From NCBI GenBank assembly GCA_016840465.1, contig JAEOSH010000006.1:30001-62000 (forward strand): a DNA stretch of 32,000 nt. Reading direction: 5' to 3'. This document shows positions 25,609 to 32,000 of this stretch, piece after piece. Every line of letters starts with the position of its first letter. Within the stretch, counting starts at the first letter, position 1. The position numbers and the translations under genes were made by a program. Under the pieces are notes generated by a model. That model made no database searches, was not told where the DNA came from, and was given only the letters and a program-made list of their open reading frames with translations. The stretch is from Candidatus Baldrarchaeum yapensis (lineage in GTDB: Archaea; Asgardarchaeota; Baldrarchaeia; Baldrarchaeales; Baldrarchaeaceae).

Positions 25609-26361
25609 TTGCCAATTGCGATCCTCATACTCCATTCAAACGGCATCCTTCTATTTGACCGCATATATGGCGAAATGCAAATTGGAAAGAGAAAGGAACT
25701 GTTCTCGGGACTCATCTCTGCAATCGTGTCCTTTATGAAAGAATTAACATCGTCCGAAATAAAATACCTCATGACGGAGGATCATGAAATATTCATTGCC
25801 CGCGGAGACAGCATTGTTGTCGCTTTAGTCGCTTATGGAAAATATGATAAGAAAACTCTCGAAAAAGTGTTACGAGAACTTGTAGATAGTTTTGTTAAAC
25901 GTTATAGCCATGCGGCATCGCTAGAGGGACTCGTAGAATTATCGGTATTCAGAAAGTTCTCAGAAGAAGTTGACGCTATTTTCCTAAGAAACGGTCTTAT
26001 ATCGGAGAAAGACATAGTTGCAATAAGGACGCGCGAGATTCTTGAAAGAGTGTCCAAAGGCGAACTATCGCCGGACCAAGCAATGGGCCTGATTTCCGAT
26101 ATAAAGGAGAACGTGAAATTTTATCGCGTATACGCACCGTCAACACCACACGTCCTCAAAAATGCAGTAATAAGAATGTCAACGGATCCTGTGACGGTCA
26201 CAATTTTAGAAAACATAGGGCGCGGAATGAGTGTCATCGAAATGACCGACGCTTTGAAAAAATCCGGATATAATGTAACCCCTGATCGCATACTTGAGAT
26301 ACTTGAAAGCTTAAGGGCTAGGGGAATTGTGAAACTCGATAAGTACAGAATCCCGGCATAA
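25609..26361 (+). CDS. Longin/roadblock-like domain + SHOCT-like helix pair + C-terminal winged helix
   Basis: IAILILHSNGILLF...LFSGLISAIVSFMKEL...IVVALV...LRELVDSFVKRY (Asgard longin-like), ILERVSKGELSPDQA (SHOCT-like), ILENIGRGMSVIEM...ILESLRARGIVKL (wHTH). TTG 25609 follows GGAGAGGAG; the ORF track starts at 25558. Confidence 0.75.
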   Translation: MPIAILILHSNGILLFDRIYGEMQIGKRKELFSGLISAIVSFMKELTSSEIKYLMTEDHEIFIARGDSIVVALVAYGKYDKKTLEKVLRELVDSFVKRYSHAASLEGLVELSVFRKFSEEVDAIFLRNGLISEKDIVAIRTREILERVSKGELSPDQAMGLISDIKENVKFYRVYAPSTPHVLKNAVIRMSTDPVTVTILENIGRGMSVIEMTDALKKSGYNVTPDRILEILESLRARGIVKLDKYRIPA

Positions 26362-26513
26362 AAAGATAGGAGCGAGAATCTCTAAACAAAATTACTATGA
26401 GTATTAAGATCCGATGTCAGTAGTCGAGGTATTCATCATCAGGTCAGAGGGTAGTCCCTAGCCATCATCCGCATCTAATGGTATAATTGCAGAAAATAAA
26501 CTTAATGGTGAAG

Positions 26514-27269
26514 TCATAGTAACAAATCACCCCGACGATATTCCTCAATATCACCAATGATTCCCTTTACTCTTTCGAGTCTCTCCTTCATCTGGAGGAT
26601 TCCACTGTCAACGTTAACCCTCAAACTTCTTCTTAAAACTGAAGATACTACCTCCACTCCTCCCAGAAAGCTTTTTATCTCATGATATGCTTTTTCGGCT
26701 GACCTCTTATCAAGAGATCCAGAAGCTATTCTGACCATCAACATATCTATGAGCTTGTCTATTTTCTTTATCCGCGACTCCAGTTGTTCTTTGAACATGT
26801 TCCGAATTATTTTATGCATCCAGTCCTCTAGTGGTCTCAGCTTTGAAAGTTTGAAACACTTTCCCCCCTCACTCTTTATGAGCATGACTATCTCTCCTGG
26901 AGTTACTATCTTGGGGTGCATTCTCTTCTTCACATATGCGAACAGGTATGTGGACTTTGCGATTCTTATTGCGGGTGCATACCACATCATTCTCTGGAGG
27001 CGTTTTCTCAGTTTAACATTAGATTGGGGCAGATCAGAATACGTCACAAGACTGAGACTTCCAACGTTAACGTCATCGCCGCTGACATGGGGTTTTTCAA
27101 CGCTCCTGAATTTCTTAAGAACAATATAGGAGTTTTCTGGGAGCACGATGTCACCCTTCGGGACGATCCACACCCGCCGCCCTATTCTTCGCGCTCCTTT
27201 GATCTCAAGCAACTTCTGTATCCGTTGCCTTCGGGAGGAACTCCCATCGATCAGAATTACTATCTGCAC
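26514..27269 (-). CDS. Hypothetical protein with two Cas2/PaaX/ChrB_N-like repeats and a helical C-terminus
   Basis: GTG start after GGTGA. Repeat 1 is IVILIDG...RRQRIQKLLEIKGARRIGRRVWIV; repeat 2 is LVTYSDLP...LRKRLQRMMWYAPAIRIAKSTYLF. The fold call is pattern-based. Confidence 0.6.
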   Translation of the reverse strand: MQIVILIDGSSSRRQRIQKLLEIKGARRIGRRVWIVPKGDIVLPENSYIVLKKFRSVEKPHVSGDDVNVGSLSLVTYSDLPQSNVKLRKRLQRMMWYAPAIRIAKSTYLFAYVKKRMHPKIVTPGEIVMLIKSEGGKCFKLSKLRPLEDWMHKIIRNMFKEQLESRIKKIDKLIDMLMVRIASGSLDKRSAEKAYHEIKSFLGGVEVVSSVLRRSLRVNVDSGILQMKERLERVKGIIGDIEEYRRGDLLL

Positions 27270-27527
27270 ATCATCACCCGGCTCATACTCTCATCATGCA
27301 CAAGCATCTGTCACTATTAGCACTTTGTACTTAATGCGTATTATTTCCTGCCATCTAAAAATATTATCTTGGGTATATAGTCTACAGATGGGCACTCATT
27401 ACCACTTATGAATAAAGAAGGTAGGCGGTCATCGATATTGCTCCACTGACTATTGTTCTCAATAATAGTTATTGTCGTTTCAGGGGATTGCTTTTTTAAT
27501 CCTTCTATGGAAACTTATTTCTAGAGC

Positions 27528-28334
27528 GTGATGCAGATGAGCGGTGAAAGGGAACTCATGGAGGCTGTGAGATCCGCTGCGGAACTCATAGTATCATCGG
27601 AGTACGTAATTGCCCTCACAGGTGCTGGAATTTCTGTGGAAAGTGGAATACCTCCATTTAGGGGTCCCGGTGGAATATGGACAAAGTACGGTGAGCCACC
27701 GCCAGATCAGTATCAGGAGTTTCTTCGGGATCCAAAGGGTTGGTGGGAGAGGAGGTTAAAGAGAGAGCTAGAAGGGCCGACAGGTGAGATGGTGAGAAAA
27801 ATTTACGAGGCGAAGCCGAATCTTGCGCATAAGGCTCTTGCCGAGTTAGAAGAAATGGGAATATTAAAATCGATAATTACGCAAAACATAGACGGTCTGC
27901 ATCAAAAGGCCGGGAGCAAAAACGTGATAGAGATCCATGGCAACATTTACAAACTCAGGTGCATTTCGTGTAATGCCAGATTTGATAGAGACAAGTTTGA
28001 GATAAAAGAACTTCCACCGCTGTGTCCCAATTGTGGTGGATTGGTAAAACCAGACGTAGTATACTTCGGGGAACCCATTCCACCGGATATGCTAAATGCG
28101 TCCCTCCTAGAGGTATATAAGTGCGACTGCATGCTCGTCGTTGGAACATCCGCAGTCGTCTACCCAGCCGCAGGTTTTCCGATAGCCGCAAAAAGACGCG
28201 GGGCCTTTCTTATAGAAGTGAATCCGTATGAAACCTCAATATCACATATATGCGATGTGGTCTTGAGAGAGGCCGCAGGAAAAGCTCTACCACTGGTCGT
28301 CCAGGAGGTTAGGCGTTTGCTTGCCAGAAGGTGA
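27528..28334 (+). CDS. cobB: NAD-dependent protein deacylase (Sir2/CobB family)
   Basis: TGAGISVESGIP.FRG, TQNIDGLH, IHG, CISC...CPNC zinc site, KPDVVYFGE, VGTS.VVYPAA, EVNP. Confidence 0.96.
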   Translation: MMQMSGERELMEAVRSAAELIVSSEYVIALTGAGISVESGIPPFRGPGGIWTKYGEPPPDQYQEFLRDPKGWWERRLKRELEGPTGEMVRKIYEAKPNLAHKALAELEEMGILKSIITQNIDGLHQKAGSKNVIEIHGNIYKLRCISCNARFDRDKFEIKELPPLCPNCGGLVKPDVVYFGEPIPPDMLNASLLEVYKCDCMLVVGTSAVVYPAAGFPIAAKRRGAFLIEVNPYETSISHICDVVLREAAGKALPLVVQEVRRLLARR

Positions 28335-28339
28335 AATCT

Positions 28340-29716
28340 ATGGGTCAAGTGAAGATAACGTTCTACGGCGGTGTTGGTGAAATAGGCGGAAATAAAATAC
28401 TGGTAGAAGATAAAGGATACGATGTACGGCTTCTCTTAGATTTTGGTAAATCCTTTAAAATAGCATCACAGTATTACCAATTTCCGATCGATTACCCTTC
28501 AAGCCTAGATGAGTTGCTCGATCTTGGTGCAATTCCACAGATAGAAAACCTTTATACGAGAGAGTTTTTGGCACGAAGGAATGGAGATGTCGGGGGAGAG
28601 GAGGAGCCTCCGGTTGACGCGTGTTTGATATCCCACGCACACATGGATCACGCACAATACATATCTCTCCTAAATAGAAAAATACCGGTATATGTGAGCG
28701 AGTGCTCATACAGCATTCTCACTGCGGCAGATCAGATATGGCGAACACGGCTAGAGACAAATTTTTCCGGAATAAAATTTGAAGTATTCAAAAATGGCCA
28801 GAAAATAAAAGTTGGAAATTTAGAGATAAAGGCTCTTTACGTCGATCATAGCATTCCTGGGGCGTCCGCGTTCATACTCTACACCAGTGAGGGGCCATTG
28901 GCGTACACGGGCGACTTCAGACTTCATGGAACTTTTGAAACTCTAACAAGCGCTTTTATTGACGCTTTGAGAATGGAGGAGAAGATAATTGCGCTAATAT
29001 TTGAATCTACGTCGATATTTCGAAGCAGGATGCAAAGTGAAAGGAACGTCGAGGACTCCGCGGGGATACTTGCAAGTGCGTGTAGAGGGCTCGTAATAGC
29101 AGATTTCTCATCAACCGATTTCTTCAGATTCCAGACATTTTACAAGGTTGCACGTAAATGTGGAAGAGAGATTGTAATTACTGAGAGGTTTGCAAAGATT
29201 GTAGAGGCAATAAACCAGTACCCCGAGTACAGGTGGCCGGGTTTAAGATCCTCCGGAGACATAAGGATAATCCCAGATGCGCAACGGAGGGAAAGATGGA
29301 GAGAGGAGATGCGTAGAAGATTTCCCGACCTATATATAAATTGGGATGAAGTGCGCAAAAATCCACAAAAGTACATATTTTGTACATCTTATAACAGTGT
29401 TCGCGACCTGAGAACAATAAAACCGGAGCCAGGATCAATTTACATACTGAGTTCGAGCGAACCCTTCAATGAGGAGCGCGAACTTGCGTTTGAAAAGTTG
29501 TTAAACTGGCTGGAAAAGTTAAATGTGCCGATGTACCGTATTCACGCCAGTGGCCATGCAACACCTCACGAAATCCAACAACTTGTGCACGAGACCCGTC
29601 CTAAAGTGATAATACCAATACATACCGAGTATCCTGCCGTCATTGCAGGATTTCTGCAAGGCCTTTCCGAGAAATCTCTTATACCCGAAAAGGGAATAAC
29701 ATACGAAATACAATAA
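28340..29716 (+). CDS. Metallo-beta-lactamase/beta-CASP hydrolase, RNase J-like
   Basis: GGVGEIGGN, LLDFG, SHAHMDH, VDHS, YTGDFR, IHASGHA, PIHTE. ATG 28340 lies 5 nt after GGTGA (alternative GTG 28331 overlaps the sirtuin stop). Confidence 0.88.
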   Translation: MGQVKITFYGGVGEIGGNKILVEDKGYDVRLLLDFGKSFKIASQYYQFPIDYPSSLDELLDLGAIPQIENLYTREFLARRNGDVGGEEEPPVDACLISHAHMDHAQYISLLNRKIPVYVSECSYSILTAADQIWRTRLETNFSGIKFEVFKNGQKIKVGNLEIKALYVDHSIPGASAFILYTSEGPLAYTGDFRLHGTFETLTSAFIDALRMEEKIIALIFESTSIFRSRMQSERNVEDSAGILASACRGLVIADFSSTDFFRFQTFYKVARKCGREIVITERFAKIVEAINQYPEYRWPGLRSSGDIRIIPDAQRRERWREEMRRRFPDLYINWDEVRKNPQKYIFCTSYNSVRDLRTIKPEPGSIYILSSSEPFNEERELAFEKLLNWLEKLNVPMYRIHASGHATPHEIQQLVHETRPKVIIPIHTEYPAVIAGFLQGLSEKSLIPEKGITYEIQ

Positions 29717-29717
29717 T

Positions 29718-30005
29718 TCATCGCTTCAAATTGCCATTTAATGCTCTACTCTTTATTACCCTTACCCCCAATGGGGTTCTCTTTAGAAATATTTTCTCCC
29801 CATCGCGCTCCGCAACCACGTACATCTCATTACAGTCAAAGACCTCCTTCATCTTGTTGAACAGAGCCTCTATAAATATCGCAAGCATTCTTAGATCCTG
29901 GTCATCGGTGCTTTCTGTTATGAAGGGAAACTCTTCCACCCCATTCTTTTGTGGCTTGGATGATTTGTCCGACACCGCTGGTATCCCCAACAGATCGTTA
30001 ATCAA
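29718..30005 (-). CDS. Small hypothetical protein, possible roadblock/longin-like fragment
   Basis: 95-aa ORF filling the gap between two plus-strand genes. Helix (MLAIFIEALFNKMKEVF) followed by beta strands. TTG start without a clear SD. Confidence 0.5.
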   Translation of the reverse strand: MINDLLGIPAVSDKSSKPQKNGVEEFPFITESTDDQDLRMLAIFIEALFNKMKEVFDCNEMYVVAERDGEKIFLKRTPLGVRVIKSRALNGNLKR

Positions 30006-30107
30006 TAACCCGTTATATCCATATTCCTAATTTGCTAAGGTGGCATATCTGATGTTCCACCCGCTATTGCATCATTCCATCGACAAAAAGTGTAAGGGTG
30101 AATGCGG

Positions 30108-32000
30108 ATGGTTACGGATGTTGATAGTATTTTCTCGACATTATATGGTGAAATTTCCGGGATAAGGGCGAAGGACTTCGTCTCCGAAATTTCTAGGTAT
30201 CACAGAATACAGGCGTCGCCGGGATATCGAAAAGCCGCAGAATTCATCCTAGATACGCTTAAAAAGCACGGAATAGACACAAAAATTCTGAGTTTTGAAT
30301 CCAACGGGCGAAAGAAATATTTAGAGTTTCTATCCCCCATGGGCTGGGAAGCCACTCATGCAATTCTGGAAATGGTTGAACCTAGGAGAGAGAAACTCGT
30401 TGATTACACCGAACATCCGATATCTCTGGTTGCGTTTTCGGGAGGAACGCCAAAAGGTGGGGTGACAGCCGAGGTCACTTACGTGGGACCTGGTATAGAA
30501 GATAGGAATTATGACGGGATTGATGTTAAAGGGAAGTTCGTCTTGGCATATGGCGAGCCCCGTAGAGTCTTTAAAAAGGCCGTTATTGAGCGAGGAGCCA
30601 TCGGGCTTATATTTTTCAGGAGAGGGGTTGCTGAGCAGGACGCTATTCCATATAGATCCCTATGGCCGTCGGCCGACGAGATTTACAAATTAGTCCCCGC
30701 ATTCTCCGTATCTAAAAGGACAGCTGAGAGGATAATATCACTAATAGAAAGAGGAGAAAGGGTGAAAGTGAGGGCGGAGGTGAATGTTAAGTTTTTCGAA
30801 AGTAGCCTAGACATCATTACTGCCGTCCTGCCAGGCGAGGTGGAAGAGGAAGTTGTTCTGATAGCACACTTATGTCATCCTAAACCTTCTGCAAATGACA
30901 ACGCTTCCGGGTCAGGACTGCTACTTGAGATCGCGTGCACATTAAAGAGGCTCATGGACGCGGGATTATTGAAACTTAAACGGGCGGTAAGATTTTTCTG
31001 GGTACCAGAATATACAGGAACGGCAGCCCTTCTTTCGGAGGGCATAAAAAATATTGGAAAAATCAGAGCAGTGATAAATCTTGATATGGTCGGAGAAGAT
31101 CAGTCGCAATGCGGATCGGTTCTCTCAATAGTCAGTTCGCCAATGTCTGTCCCGTCGTTTCTAACATTCCTTATAGAATCGCTGGTGGAACGTTCCGCAA
31201 AGGAGAAATTAAAACAATTTGGCGCTGTAGATTCGTTATATTCGTTCAGGTTCAAGAGGACGCCGTTTGTTTGGGGAAGCGACCACGAAGTTTTCTCGTG
31301 TTCGGACTTCAAAATACCATCTGTTGCGCTGATATGCTGGCCGGACAGATACTATCATTCGAGTTTCGATACTGCGGACAAGGTCGATCCGCAAATTTTG
31401 AAGCATATTGGCGCCGCAGTAGCAACAGCGACCATCATCTGCGCATCGTCATCACAAGAAATAGGCCTCTGGGTGCTACCACGTGTGATGAGAGGTATTA
31501 TGAGCGTATTGGGATCCATCGAGGAGAAAGCGCTGGCAATAAAGGATCCGAAGACGTACCGCCTGATGTATGAATCACTTGATGTTTACGAAAAGTGGGC
31601 ACTTGGAACCTTACACTCGATCTTGACAATGTTCGATGGTGAAGTTTTAAAGAAATGCGTTATGGAGAGCGAAACTGAAATTAAGAATGCAATTTCGAAA
31701 ATCAGGAGAAGGTTTCTAATAGTAGCCGAGGGGCGGGGATGGCCCATCACGGATGTGGAACTTACAGAGGAGGAACGTGAGGCATTAGAACGTGTCTACA
31801 TCAAGAAATTCAGGGGACCTCTGCCTTTAAGATATTTGAGAGAGCACCCTAAGGATGGAAGAGCCCTATGGTATCTGAGAAAAATAGAATCTGATGACCC
31901 GATAATTTCCCAGATATCAGAAATGCTAAACCTCATGGACGGCACAAAGTCGCTCTACGACATCTATGTGACGCTAATAGCAGAATACGGAAAATCAAAC
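30108..32000 (+). CDS. M28-family/DUF4910 aminopeptidase-like protein with PA domain (3'-partial; missing from the ORF track)
   Basis: Translated by hand from ATG 30108 (GGGTGA upstream) and open to the window end: RYHRIQASPGY, PA domain DVKGKFV, AHLCHPKPSANDNASG, FFWVPEYTG, NLDMVG, GSDH, WPDRYYHSSFD. Confidence 0.92.
   Translation, partial: MVTDVDSIFSTLYGEISGIRAKDFVSEISRYHRIQASPGYRKAAEFILDTLKKHGIDTKILSFESNGRKKYLEFLSPMGWEATHAILEMVEPRREKLVDYTEHPISLVAFSGGTPKGGVTAEVTYVGPGIEDRNYDGIDVKGKFVLAYGEPRRVFKKAVIERGAIGLIFFRRGVAEQDAIPYRSLWPSADEIYKLVPAFSVSKRTAERIISLIERGERVKVRAEVNVKFFESSLDIITAVLPGEVEEEVVLIAHLCHPKPSANDNASGSGLLLEIACTLKRLMDAGLLKLKRAVRFFWVPEYTGTAALLSEGIKNIGKIRAVINLDMVGEDQSQCGSVLSIVSSPMSVPSFLTFLIESLVERSAKEKLKQFGAVDSLYSFRFKRTPFVWGSDHEVFSCSDFKIPSVALICWPDRYYHSSFDTADKVDPQILKHIGAAVATATIICASSSQEIGLWVLPRVMRGIMSVLGSIEEKALAIKDPKTYRLMYESLDVYEKWALGTLHSILTMFDGEVLKKCVMESETEIKNAISKIRRRFLIVAEGRGWPITDVELTEEEREALERVYIKKFRGPLPLRYLREHPKDGRALWYLRKIESDDPIISQISEMLNLMDGTKSLYDIYVTLIAEYGKSN

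Noticed and set aside
27290-27510. About 60-codon open minus-strand frame (...ETTITIIENNSQWSNIDDRLP...)
   Set aside because: No start codon and no recognisable similarity.
22978-28334. SirTM-like lipoate ligase/sirtuin operon
   Set aside because: No GcvH-L or macrodomain gene, the two genes are on opposite strands 3.7 kb apart, and the sirtuin has a standard CobB-like zinc-binding form.
612-29713. Numerous antisense or out-of-frame ORFs of 60-150 aa in the track (e.g. 3820-4236, 8069-8515, 15047-15499, 26749-27129)
   Set aside because: They are fully nested in well-supported genes and lack motifs and SD sites. ORF 15778-16137 is likewise spurious except 15931-15963, which is probably the true MaoC N-terminus.
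31109-31573. 154-aa ORF-track entry and other short ORFs in 30511-31573
   Set aside because: These are alternative-frame shadows of the long M28/DUF4910 gene starting at 30108.

Overview
Gene-dense archaeal chromosomal segment, with GGTGA/GGAGG Shine-Dalgarno sites, BRE-TATA promoters and many GTG/TTG starts. An Asgard archaeon is likely because of a longin-like domain protein; this is inferred, not proven. Left to right: tail of a membrane-anchored protein, ABC-2 exporter, large membrane protein, RCK channel-like protein, hypothetical, Hel308-like helicase with a SWIM insertion, ADP-forming acyl-CoA synthetase alpha subunit, ATPase-wHTH-PD-(D/E)XK protein behind a perfect 44-bp palindrome, thiolase plus catalytically dead HMGS-DUF35 fusion, MFS transporter, two disrupted MaoC genes, divergent IscS/IscU with ferredoxin-type genes, fatty acyl-CoA ligase, HIT, lipoate ligase-family protein, GvpD/KaiC-like ATPase, longin-wHTH protein, tandem Cas2-like-fold protein, sirtuin, RNase J-like MBL hydrolase, small hypothetical, and an M28/DUF4910 peptidase running off the right edge (absent from the ORF track). 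I found no tRNA, rRNA, CRISPR array or transposase. All family calls come from motifs recognised by eye; no database search was run. Best leads: (1) the 44-bp, 8-bp-periodic palindrome centred on the probable TATA box of the ATPase-nuclease gene; (2) an IscS that keeps its catalytic Lys/Cys but has lost most substrate/PLP ligands; (3) an MthK-like protein lacking the selectivity filter; (4) the SWIM-containing Hel308.
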